A DNA stretch of 64,000 nucleotides from Candidatus Bathyarchaeota archaeon (GTDB lineage Archaea > Thermoproteota > Bathyarchaeia > Bathyarchaeales > Bathycorpusculaceae), in assembly GCA_963806535.1 (NCBI GenBank), contig CAWDYC010000009.1, positions 32,001-96,000 of the forward strand. Reading direction: 5' to 3'. Below are positions 10,083 through 20,275 of this stretch, piece by piece (the first letter of the stretch is position 1; every line of letters begins with the position of its first letter). The translations under genes and the position numbers were made by a program. The notes beneath the pieces are model-generated. The model saw nothing but the letters and a program-made list of their open reading frames with translations, ran no database searches and had not been told where the DNA came from.

Positions 10083-11086
10083 GCACGTGACCTCCTCATG
10101 GTCATTCTTTGCGCCATCATCGATTCTCGAGATTCTTCGGCGTCACGCATGGATTTTCCTGTATACTGCAGGTAAACTTCGTTTAAGGTTGGTTTTGTCA
10201 ATGAAAGTTTAGTTACAACATGCCCGCTTTTTCTCAATGCTTCAATAATCAATGGTGCAGTTAATTCTCCATTAGAGGACTTTATCATGTAAGAGCCGTT
10301 TTCTTTTTTGACTTCTTTAACATGCTCAATTTTGCTGATTAATTCGGTGATGTCTTCGCTTTTTTGAATACTGAGTGTTATGATGTCGCCACCCAAGCTG
10401 TCTTTCAGTTCCGTTGGACTGCCAACGACAACGATTTTTCCATGATCGATTATTGCTATGCGGTCGCAGAGCGCATCTGCTTCTTCCAAGTAGTGGGTTG
10501 TTAGAAACAAAGTCATGCCGAATTCTTTTTTGAGCATTCTAACATAGTTCCATGTTGCAGCTCGCGTTTGCACATCTAAGCCCAACGTAGGTTCATCCAA
10601 GAATAGGACTTTTGGACGGTTGATTAAGCCACATGCCAGTTCTAATCTTCTGCGCATGCCACCCGAGTAAGTTTGGACTCGTTTGTCCTTGAATGTTTGT
10701 AACTCAACTAAATTAAGAAGATCTGAAGCCCGTTTTTTTGATATTGAACGTGGAATTCCATAGAGGTCTGCGCATAAGAGAATGTTTTCAATTCCGGTTA
10801 GGTCTTCGTCTGCTGTGTACTCTTGCGGGACAACTCCGATTGCGGCTCGTACGTCCATGCTTTGTTTTGCAATGTCCCCTCCGAGAATGGTGGCTTTTCC
10901 GTCAGTTGGTTTTGTGACTGTTATCAGCATGCTTATGGTTGTGGTTTTTCCAGCTCCGTTAGGCCCAAGGAAACCAAAGATTTCTCCTCGGTTGACGCTG
11001 AAGTTAATATGATCGACGGCAGTTAGGCTGTGGTTGTAAACTTTAGTTAATCCTTCAACTTTTATGACTTCTTCATTTTTACTCAT
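10079..11086 (-). CDS. DrrA-type ABC ATP-binding protein
   Basis: GPNGAGKTT, YSGGMRRRLE, LDEPTLGLD, TTHYLEEAD. Confidence 0.93.
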   Translation of the reverse strand: MSKNEEVIKVEGLTKVYNHSLTAVDHINFSVNRGEIFGFLGPNGAGKTTTISMLITVTKPTDGKATILGGDIAKQSMDVRAAIGVVPQEYTADEDLTGIENILLCADLYGIPRSISKKRASDLLNLVELQTFKDKRVQTYSGGMRRRLELACGLINRPKVLFLDEPTLGLDVQTRAATWNYVRMLKKEFGMTLFLTTHYLEEADALCDRIAIIDHGKIVVVGSPTELKDSLGGDIITLSIQKSEDITELISKIEHVKEVKKENGSYMIKSSNGELTAPLIIEALRKSGHVVTKLSLTKPTLNEVYLQYTGKSMRDAEESRESMMAQRMTMRRSRA

Positions 11087-11696
11087 TCACATTTTCACCA
11101 GACATTTTGCTCCTAATTTCTTCAAGTTTCGCTGAGGCTTCATCAAGCACCTTTAGGGCTTCATCTAATTGCTTTTCGGAGTAGTTTTGTTTCAAGGCTT
11201 TTGACAATTTAATTGATGAGATAAAGAGGCGTTTCATTGAACCTCGAATTTGTTTTGTTTTTTCCTCAGGGATATTTCCAAAGAACGTATCAAAGAAAGG
11301 ACTTGCCAGAAAGCCTGAGTCTTGTGTGAATTTTTCTCTGATTTTTGTCTGTTCTTCAAAAAAGTCTTTTCCGGTTTGGGTTAATTCATAGCGTTTAAAT
11401 CCATTTTCGGTAGGAAGTTCTTTTACGTAGGTGTTATCTTGGAGCCACGCAAGAAGGGGGTAGATTGATCCTGGGCTGGGTTTCCACGTTCCGCCTGTGT
11501 GTTCTTGGATTTCATCCATGAGTTCTGAGCCAGACATCGCTTTTTCGTTTAGCGCTTCAAGAACGTGGTAACGTAGGAATCCTTTTGGGACCATGGCGTT
11601 GTGGCGTAGCCAGTTTCGCCTGTGGAACATCATGTGTTTTTCTTCACGAAGTTGATGTTTAATTTCTTTCTTTTCTTCTCTTTCTTCTTTATCCAT
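11079..11696 (-). CDS. PadR-family transcriptional regulator
   Basis: 'WKPSPGSIYPLL' and 'KRYELTQTGK'; first gene of the exporter operon. Confidence 0.9.
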   Translation of the reverse strand: MDKEEREEKKEIKHQLREEKHMMFHRRNWLRHNAMVPKGFLRYHVLEALNEKAMSGSELMDEIQEHTGGTWKPSPGSIYPLLAWLQDNTYVKELPTENGFKRYELTQTGKDFFEEQTKIREKFTQDSGFLASPFFDTFFGNIPEEKTKQIRGSMKRLFISSIKLSKALKQNYSEKQLDEALKVLDEASAKLEEIRSKMSGENVNE

Positions 11697-11698
11697 AC

Positions 11699-11752
11699 CA
11701 TATCACTATTGATATCGTTATTGATGTCAAATGCGATATCGAATGTGATATT
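11699..11752. promoter_or_regulatory. Five GATATC-like hexamers at exact 12-bp period (candidate PadR operator array)
   Basis: CATATC 11699, GATATC 11711, GATGTC 11723, GATATC 11735, GATATT 11747. Confidence 0.65.
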
Positions 11753-11825
11753 TAAATTTATTGCTGTTATTAATCACAAATACTCGAAGAGAAAGATTTC
11801 TTTTAAAAAAAATTGATAAAGATGA

Positions 11826-14800
11826 TTATGAGGTGTCTTTTTGTTTACTTAAAACTGGAAATTTGAGGGTGAATTTTGTGCCATCCCCTTTTTTGCTTTC
11901 AAAAGTTACAGTTCCACCCATCACTTCAGTTAATTTCTTAACCACCGCTAAACCGAAGCCTTGCCCTTTCGACTTCGTAGTGAATAATGGAGTGAAAATT
12001 TTGGGTTTAATCTCTTCGGGGATTCCAACTCCAGAATCTGCAACGCTGATTAACGCTATATCCTCTTGGCAAGAAACACTAACGGCTAATTTTCCTCCGT
12101 TAGGCATTGCTTGAACAGCATTTGTAATCAAATTTGTTAGAATCCTCTTTAAATAAAAATCGTCCAATGTGAGAATAGGGCATTCTTTATCAAGAGAATA
12201 GGCGATTTCTATGTTATCAGGAATGTGAGTCACTTTTAGTATTTCTTTAATCATTTTATTTGCGTCAATTTTTACCATATGAGGTAATGTGGTTCGTGCG
12301 TAGTCTTGTAGGTCAGATACAATTTTGTTGATGTATTCAACATTTCGTCCTATCTCGTCCAAACTCTCAAAGGTATTCTTTTTTTCTTGGCTATCAGGAT
12401 AAGAAGCCATGTCTGCCTTTGCCAAATAGATATCGCTAGTTATAGCTTGCAAAGGGTTGCGTATGTCGTGTCCAACCATTCCTGCAGTTTTACCAATAGT
12501 GGCTAAGGTTTCAGATTGGGCTAGCTTTTCCGCTTGCTCCTTTACTTGATGTGCTAAAGTCTTTATTTCACTGATATCTACAAATGACAAGATTGCCCCG
12601 CCAATTTTTTTTTCTTCAGTCATGAACGGGCGTAGACGCATTTGGTACCATCGGTCTTTTCCAGCATTGATTTCTGCCCTTACAACCTCATTCTTGTTAA
12701 TTACATTTAAAAGTGGCTTTTCCAAGTCTTCCGCCGGAATCCCCAAACGAATTCCTACAATTGAATGCCCGACATCTTCAGATGTAATTCTCAAAAGTTC
12801 TTGAGCTGAAGCCGTGAAACGTTTAATCTTAAAATCTTTGCCTACAATAACCACTGCAGTATCAACATTGCTCATCAAGTTAGCTAAGTCTTCGTTCAAT
12901 TCTTTGAGCATCTGATTTCGTTGTTTAAGTTCATCATTTAGGGTTGTCATCTCTTCGTTCGCTGACTGCAGTTCTTCCTTAGAAGTCTCTAATTCTTCAT
13001 TTGTGCTCATTAATTCTTCGTTGCTTGACTGTGCTTCTTCATTGGCTGAACGTAGCTCTTCATTTATCGCTTCTTGCTGTTCAATAACGCTTCGCAATGT
13101 TTGCTTAGTCGATTCTAAATCATCACTTAGCTCTTTTATTTGTTGATCTTTAACTGCCATTACTTTGTTGCTTGGAGATGCTGCCTTGGCAGTTTGCCCA
13201 TCAACTGGATATTTTTCTCTTTCCTCGAATAGAATTAAGAAGAAGGGCTCTTCATAATTTAATAACTTCAAAGGTTTAACTTCAAGGATAATTGTTTTAG
13301 CGCGTCCTTCAAATTCAATCTGGAAGATTTCCTTCACGTCTTTTCCTGCTTTTTTTGCTCTATATAATGCGGTTTGAACAGCCGGCCGAATTTCTTTTCG
13401 CACTAGTTTAGATATGCTGAAACTTGGAGTTCCTTCCTCTATTGAAACATAAGGATTAACTTGTCCACGAATGGCAAGGATATCCGAATTATTATTAACT
13501 AATAATGATGCAGGAGCAAACTGCGTTAAAAGTAATTGATCAACTTCATCTTTCAATAAAGTTTGAGAATCATCCTTTTTAGGCAGTTTTTGAGCTATAA
13601 ATTCTCTAAAAAGGAAATTAGGTGCTTGCGCAGGAAATTCGACTTTGGGTTGACCTATTTTTTTCCTAAAGATTACGCCTCTCTTAGTTACTTGCTCAAA
13701 CGAGCTCACGAATTTGCCTACACTTTCCGATTCGCCTAGAACGAGATATCCATTTGGTTTTAAGGCGTAATTAATGGTGGCCATTATTCTTTCCTGGGGA
13801 GAAGGCTCAAGGTAAATAAGTAAATTGCGACAGACAATTAAGTCCATGTTAGAGAAAGGGGGGTCTTGGGTGATGTCGTGTTTTGCAAAAACACATTTGT
13901 CTCGAATTCTCTTGATTACTTGATAGTTTCCATTTGAACTGGTGAAAAACCGTTTCAACCGCTCTTCGGAGACGCTGTTTGCAATGGTTTTAAGATAGAT
14001 ACCTCGACGGACCTTCTCGATGTTTTTTGAATTAACGTCTGTTCCGAAAATCAATATTTGAAGATCCAAGCTTTTTCGCTCTATGAATTCTGTTAGAGCC
14101 ATAGCTATTGAATAGACTTCTTCACCTGTTGAGCAGCCGGGAATCCACACCCTTATCGCTTGGTTGGAATCCTTTTTCTCAGCTAGTTCTGGAAAGACTT
14201 TTTCATTTAAAGCTGAGAAAGCGTTTGGTTCCCTGAAGAAGTCCGTTACATTTATCAGCATATCATCAAAAAGTGCTTGTTGCTCCACAGGGTGCTTCCG
14301 TAAAAATGCTACATATTTGACTTAATGTTTCAATGTTATTTAAGATCATTCGACGGCTAATCCGTCGGTTGATCGTTGTTTTTTTGTAGTTTGCAAAATT
14401 GACGCCAAACGAACCCTTAAGTAAAGAGAATATTGTTTGTAGATCATTTTCGCTTTCTTGAGGTTTGGATTCTTCTACCCCAATTTTTTGACGAGCGATC
14501 TCTGGGTGCTTTGCAATGCTGCATAGTTCTTCGGCAATCTTCTCCGGAGAAAGCACGAAGTCTACAGCATCTGCGTTCATTGCACTTTTGGGCATGTCAG
14601 AGTATTGGGCTGAACTGGGTTCTTGAGCGAATGTGATTCCTCCTTCAGCTTTAATTGCCTTCAACCCTTCGGTTCCATCATTCCCAGTTCCCGAAAGTAC
14701 TATTCCCATGGCATGTGTTTTCCGTTCTAATGATAAAGAACACAAAAACGCATCAATGGGTTTAAGATAAAGTCCCTTTGGCTGAAGCTTGATACGACCG

Positions 14801-15111
14801 TTATCGATTGTGATAATTTTTCCAGCGGGAATTACGTAAACTTGGTTTGGTTCAATTTGCATTCCACCTTCGATTTTATTAACGGGCATATGGGTGAAAC
14901 GAGAAAGAATTTCTGGCAGCATACTTTCCTGGTTTGTTGCAAGATGTTGAATGATTACAAATCCTAAGCCAGTATCTTGACGTAAGTTTTCAAGCAGCTT
15001 TCTAATAGCCTCTAAGCCACCAGCAGAAGCACCTATACCAGCAATTGGAAAGACGCGTTCAGTCGGGTTAGTAAGAACTTTTTTTTCTTGCATTTCTTTG
15101 GGTTCTTTCAA
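11826..15111 (-). CDS. CheB-CheR-coiled coil-PAS-histidine kinase fusion, frameshift at ~14318
   Basis: CheB GASAGG/QH/LSGTGNDG; CheR WIPGCSTGEEVYS/CRNLLIY; 'NEELQSANEE'-type heptads; HK HDIRNPL, N-box, DSGVG, GQGFGL. Confidence 0.88.
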
Positions 15112-15247
15112 AAAAATTCCTTGTTAAGCTATCAAATAAGTTGTACGCACACTTAGAAGATAGGTGCGAGCGCTAAGGATATATCACTTTTGGCAAACAT
15201 TTAAGTTTTGGCTTGCAGCACATATCGCAAAAATTAAGATAAAAAAA

Positions 15248-15922
15248 TTAACTAATTGTGGTACCTACATTCTTGCCTTCGATCGCAGCCAAAATGTTTT
15301 GAGGCTTAAATCCATTAACAACGATCAACTTTAACTTTTTGCGCTTCAGAACCTTAATAGCTTCTGGATCAATAATTTGATGTATCCCTGCTTTGTGCAC
15401 GCTTTCTTCAAAAACTTTGGGTAAATCATCAAAACCTAAATAATCCAGCTTAACTGCGTCTGAATGTTTTCTTGGATCTTTGTTGTAAACGCCATCTTGA
15501 TCGGTGCCTTTAACCAGCAAATCAGCATTAACCCGTTCAGCAACTAACGCTGCAACTGCATCCGTGGTGATTCCGGGTTTTAAGCCTCCCATAACGACAA
15601 TTTTGCCTTCAGATAGGCAAGCTTCGGCATCATCGAGAGTTATGGCAACTTTGCTGCATCCTACATCGCCAATTTTTTTAAGGAAAAGCTGAGCAAACAG
15701 TCTTGAACAGGAAATGGCTATCTCATCTTGAGCTTGCATCTCAAGATCCAAGTCTTTGGCAATTTTGATAAATTCCCTTGCTAACGCGCCGCCTCCTACC
15801 ACCACGGCAACTTCATGACCTTGAGCTTTCACAATTTTTATTAAGTCAGCATATTCGCTCATCAACTTAGTATTAATTGGTGATGCTACTACTGAGCCGC
15901 CTATCCGAACGACTAAACGCAT
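15248..15922 (-). CDS. pyrH: Uridylate kinase
   Basis: IGGSV, VVVGGG, PGITTDAVAA, DGVYNKDP. Confidence 0.9.
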   Translation of the reverse strand: MRLVVRIGGSVVASPINTKLMSEYADLIKIVKAQGHEVAVVVGGGALAREFIKIAKDLDLEMQAQDEIAISCSRLFAQLFLKKIGDVGCSKVAITLDDAEACLSEGKIVVMGGLKPGITTDAVAALVAERVNADLLVKGTDQDGVYNKDPRKHSDAVKLDYLGFDDLPKVFEESVHKAGIHQIIDPEAIKVLKRKKLKLIVVNGFKPQNILAAIEGKNVGTTIS

Positions 15923-16015
15923 AATTTAACCATCCAACACTCGAACAATACAGCTTTAAAGTTAAAAATCTTTAACACCCAAGGGAACAATAAAACGGCT
16001 AAATGACAAAACAAG

Positions 16016-16937
16016 TTGACATTTACCGAAAGTTTTCAAGTTGAAGCATTGACACCTTTCAACTTGACTTAACCGCTCACATATTTAGCAGCGACCACAC
16101 ACAAATCCGGAGCTACGCAAATGGCAAATTCAGCCAAGTCCTAAAAATTAATGGCCAACTTGAACTGATCCAATTAACCCCCGCGGGAATAGTTGACCAA
16201 CCCAAAATAAGCGTCAAAATCAAATCAAACAGACCTATAACATCGCAAAACAAGCAAAAAACTAAGGAAACAATCAAATTCATTTTCAACTTAGATCTTA
16301 ACCTCAACTCCTTTTACAATGAAATCAAAAATGATCACATAATGCATAAAATAGCTCAGCAACTTTATGGGCTAAAGAATCCGACAACTCCCACTGTTTT
16401 TGAAGCTTTGATGGATTCCATTGTTGAGCAACAAATTTCCCTCAAAGTAGCACAATCCATAGAGGTCAGGTTAATCAAAGAATTTGGCGAAACGCTGACT
16501 TTAGACGCCGAAATCTACTATATTTATCCAACACCCCAAACCATAGCCAAAGTTAAAGTTAGCGAATTAAAAATCTGTGGATTAAGTGAGCAGAAAGCCC
16601 AATATCTTCAAGGAGCAGCTCAATTAATTGTTCAAGGTAAATTAGACCTTGAAAAACTAAAAACAAAACAAAGCACTGCGGAAATTCTCTTCGACCTCGA
16701 TGCAATCAGGGCATTGGGGTTTGGACAGCTGAATTAACTATGCTGAGAGGTATGCAGAAGCTGGATGCCTTGCCAGCGGATGATTTAGGCCTCAGACGGG
16801 TAATTTCAAACTACTATTGTGGAGGAAAATCAATAAGCGCCGGAGAGGCGAATGAAATTGCTCAAGCATGGGGACGATGGAAGGGGCTGGCTGCTTTTTA
16901 CCTAATAATTGCGGAGATTAAAGGAATTAAGGTTTAA
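16016..16937 (+). CDS. alkA: AlkA-type DNA-3-methyladenine glycosylase (HhH-GPD), frameshifts at ~16064 and ~16710
   Basis: FEALMDSIVEQQIS; HhH 'RGIGVWTAE' restored by adding one G; 'PADDLGLRR'. Confidence 0.8.
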
Positions 16938-16942
16938 CCAGA

Positions 16943-17776
16943 TTATCCTGTTAACCGTTTTTTCATTAGGTTAATGCTTAGAATAAAGAAGAATAATGTT
17001 ACTAGTATTATCCACACTAAACTCACAAGTATTAACATTGCAGGGTTTAACCCGAGAATTGGCTCAAGTTTCCCCGAAATAAGTCCTCGAGTAATGTTCA
17101 CTACATGCGTTAGTGGCAGAACAGCCATGGCGATACCCTGAGCTGCAGAAGGCAAAGATGTCAAAGGGAAGAATGTGCCGGATAAGAAGAACATTGGCGT
17201 CAAAAACAAAAATGAAGGAAAATTGAAGAAGTCAATGTTTGGTGCAATTGACGTGAAGCACATGGCGATGGATGCAAACATTAATCCGCCGAAAAACGCA
17301 AATGGGATAACGAGTAGGAATAGCGGGGTTGAAATTAATCCGAACGCTGCAACCACTGCCAACACGATTGTTGTGTTGATAGTTGCTCTTGTTGCTCCCC
17401 AAAGAAGTTCACCCGCAACGACTTCTTCAACACTCACGGGTGTGGCAACGATGGCGTCGAAGGTTTTTTGGAAGTACATACGTACGAATGATGCAAAGGT
17501 GCATTCGAAAAATGAGCCGTTCATGACAGAAATCGCTACCAATGCGGGTGCGATGAAGCTTATGTATGATTGGCCTCTGATGCTTGGGATGAATCCGCCG
17601 AGGCCAAAGCCGAATGCCACCAGGTAGAGTATGGGTTCGAGAAGTGAAGGTATGAAGTTGACAACTATGGTTTTTGTGAAGACATCAAAGTTTCGTCTCC
17701 ATACCGTCCAGACTCTGTAAGTTAATTTTGGTATTGCGAAACGTGCAGGCGACTTGCGAAGGTTGAGGGTGGTCAT
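16943..17776 (-). CDS. ABC-2 permease (NodJ-like)
   Basis: EPILYLVAFGFGLG, PMFFLSGTFFP, multiple TM helices. Confidence 0.88.
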   Translation of the reverse strand: MTTLNLRKSPARFAIPKLTYRVWTVWRRNFDVFTKTIVVNFIPSLLEPILYLVAFGFGLGGFIPSIRGQSYISFIAPALVAISVMNGSFFECTFASFVRMYFQKTFDAIVATPVSVEEVVAGELLWGATRATINTTIVLAVVAAFGLISTPLFLLVIPFAFFGGLMFASIAMCFTSIAPNIDFFNFPSFLFLTPMFFLSGTFFPLTSLPSAAQGIAMAVLPLTHVVNITRGLISGKLEPILGLNPAMLILVSLVWIILVTLFFFILSINLMKKRLTG

Positions 17777-18699
17777 TCTTCTCTGAGGCCTCTTCCTGTC
17801 AATTTAAGGAAAACATCTTCAAGATTTGTCGTGCGTATGGTCACATTTTGCATGGGATGTTCTTTTAGATAGCCTTCAAAAACGCCATGCGGTTCATCAG
17901 TGAAGATTTGTAGCCGTTCGCCTAGATGCTCAAAATCTGCGCCTGGAAAAGCCTCTTTCAAACTGGGAAGCAGTTTCTCGTCATAATCAACTTCTAAAAC
18001 CTCTTCGCCAACATGTTTCTTTACCAGTTCAGATGGCTTGCCTTCCTCTATGATTTTTCCTTTATCAACAATTAATATACGGTCGCACAGAACAGCGGCT
18101 TCATCCATGTAATGAGTGGTTAAAATTATCGTGACTTGCTTTTTCTTTAAGTTGCGTACTTCGTCCCATGCTAAGTGCCGGGCTTGAGGATCTAATCCGG
18201 TGGTGGGTTCATCTAAAAGAAGGATTTGAGGTTGATTTATTAGAGCTCGCGCAAAAATTAGGCGCCGCTTCATGCCTCCTGACAGGGCAGCGATGGGTAC
18301 ATCTTTTTTTTCTTCAAGTTGGAAAAACTTTAGCTGCTCATTTGCCCTTTTGATTGCTTCGTCTTTTGGAATGTCAAAGTAGCGGCAATAAACCGTTAGG
18401 TTTTTTATAACTGTGAAATCTGGGTCTAAATTGTCCTCTTGAGGCGCTACGCCAACAATGCTTTTTATTTCTCGGCATTGTTTGTTAACGCTAAATCCAG
18501 CTACTTTAAGTTCGCCTGATGTTGGAGGCAGAAAGCAGTAAATCATGCGTACAGTGGTCGTTTTGCCGGCGCCGTTGGGACCCAAAAAACCTACGCATTC
18601 ACCTTTGTAAACTTTGAAATCTATTTGGTCTACTGCTGTAACGTCATCAAATTTCTTGGTTAGCCCCTGGGCTTCAATTAGAACTTCTGGAGAAGTCAT
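17773..18699 (-). CDS. ABC ATP-binding protein (NodI-like)
   Basis: GPNGAGKTT, PQEDNLDPD, LSGGMKRRL, LDEPTTGLDPQAR. Confidence 0.92.
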   Translation of the reverse strand: MTSPEVLIEAQGLTKKFDDVTAVDQIDFKVYKGECVGFLGPNGAGKTTTVRMIYCFLPPTSGELKVAGFSVNKQCREIKSIVGVAPQEDNLDPDFTVIKNLTVYCRYFDIPKDEAIKRANEQLKFFQLEEKKDVPIAALSGGMKRRLIFARALINQPQILLLDEPTTGLDPQARHLAWDEVRNLKKKQVTIILTTHYMDEAAVLCDRILIVDKGKIIEEGKPSELVKKHVGEEVLEVDYDEKLLPSLKEAFPGADFEHLGERLQIFTDEPHGVFEGYLKEHPMQNVTIRTTNLEDVFLKLTGRGLREE

Positions 18700-18810
18700 G
18701 AAATAACCAAAATAAAGGTTGCATCGTGAAACTTAAAATTAACTGCTCTGATATTTTAACCGTTTAAAAACTATATTTATAGAAACGATAGTCGGCAAAT
18801 CCGAACAAGC

Positions 18811-18950
18811 AGAAGAAGAAGTGTGCCCCTGCAGGTTTTCTTCTTCTTTTAAAAGCAGAGAAGAAGTAGGACGCGGTGCTATTTCCAGCCGTCCTTCTTC
18901 TTCTATCAGAGAAAAACAACACCCAGTGCTACACCAACCGTTGTTGTTCT
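18811..18950. repeat. Three tandem degenerate stem-loop units
   Basis: AGAAGAAGAA...TTCTTCTTCT; GAAGAAGTAGGACG...CGTCCTTCTTCTTC; AGAAAAACAAC...GTTGTTGTTCT. Confidence 0.65.
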
Positions 18951-19110
18951 ACTTGAATAATCTTAACCTACTATTCAAAAGACAAGAAAGTCTTTGATAA
19001 AAATCTTTCAGGGTAATCTCTTGTCCCATTTTTCTATTGCAATTGCAGGTATAATCACAGAAAATCAATAAGTCTTAAATGTGCATGGGCTGTAATCAAA
19101 GGAGGCGTGA

Positions 19111-19836
19111 ATGATTATGAAGATGGATTATGTAGTGTTTGAACCAACCAATGAGCGCCTTGCGCAGATTATCGTAAGATTTCTTCAGGAAAGAGGTTAT
19201 AATGCTGGTTATCAACTCGGTTACCCTAAAAATAAAATCTTCATGAGAGCTGATACCAAAGAAGAAGCAAACAGAATTTCAGGGATAATTAGAAAGTTCA
19301 TGGAAGAATTCAGCCTAACTGGAAGCGAAATAACATTTGATGAATTAAAGAATTCAATAAACATACCCGAGAGAGTGGTGACAGAGGCAGAAAATGCAGC
19401 AAATTTGGCGACAAAACCTGAATTTGAATCAGAAAAACCTGAACCCGAAGAAACAGAGCCAATGCCAGAACTAGAAATAGAACCCGAAGAACCCGAACCA
19501 AAGTCAATGCTCGAACTTGAGCCAGAACTAGAACCAGAAGAAACAGAAAAAGAACCAGCACCCGAATGGGAGCTAGAATTAGAAGAACCCGAACCAGAAA
19601 CAACACATGAATTGGAGCCAGAGCCGGAACCAGAAGAACCAGAGCCAATCCCAGAATTAGAGCCAGAACCCGAAGAAACAGAAATAGAACCAATACTTGA
19701 AATAGAACCAGAACCCGAAAAGCCTGAGCCAGAGCCAATCCCAGAATTAGAGCCAGAACCCGAAGAAACAGAAAAATTTGAACCAAAACAAAAACCGGAC
19801 ACGAAGAACAAATCCCAATCTCAGTTCGTCTTATAA
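19111..19836 (+). CDS. Hypothetical protein with small N-terminal domain and Glu/Pro-rich repeat tail
   Basis: Strong SD GGAGG; EPEPEETE / PIPELE repeats. Confidence 0.75.
   Translation: MIMKMDYVVFEPTNERLAQIIVRFLQERGYNAGYQLGYPKNKIFMRADTKEEANRISGIIRKFMEEFSLTGSEITFDELKNSINIPERVVTEAENAANLATKPEFESEKPEPEETEPMPELEIEPEEPEPKSMLELEPELEPEETEKEPAPEWELELEEPEPETTHELEPEPEPEEPEPIPELEPEPEETEIEPILEIEPEPEKPEPEPIPELEPEPEETEKFEPKQKPDTKNKSQSQFVL
19639..19774 (+). repeat. Exact 46-bp direct repeat at 90-bp period inside the Glu/Pro tail
   Basis: ccagagccaatcccagaattagagccagaacccgaagaaacagaaa at 19639 and 19729. Confidence 0.8.
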
Positions 19837-20275
19837 TTGGCGCGGATCTTCAAATATTGGGGGTCTTTCTATAATACTCTAATTGTTCTAGTGCCGTCTA
19901 GAAAAAAGTCGACTAAGAATTGGTGACATCTTCGAGCATTTTAGGTTTGCTGGGGCTCTGGAAAACTTAAGGAAGAAAAACGCAAATGAAAACACTAGCT
20001 TTCCGCGTAATTTCAACCAGAGCCCACTCAGCCCCAAATCTTACACGAATAAATGTTGACTAAGCGTTTATAAAACTTTACAATACCGCGAAAAATACTA
20101 AATGAAATAGCCAGTTTACCGATAAATATGGCAATAATGTTTGAAAATACCACACAGAATAGGAAAAACAAAACGTGGCAATTGAAAAAACACCAAGCGT
20201 TTTCAGCTGTCAGCACTATTTGCTAATTAAAAGTTTAAAGGCAAATTGGTTCTAGTTATTATTGGCGAATTGACT

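Noticed and set aside
18811-18950. Possible mini-CRISPR array
   Set aside because: The units are degenerate hairpins with no identical repeats or unique spacers, and no cas genes are in the window.
19221-19811. Ser/Gly-rich and Leu/Val-rich minus-strand ORFs
   Set aside because: Antisense shadows of the Glu/Pro repeat gene, which has the strong SD.
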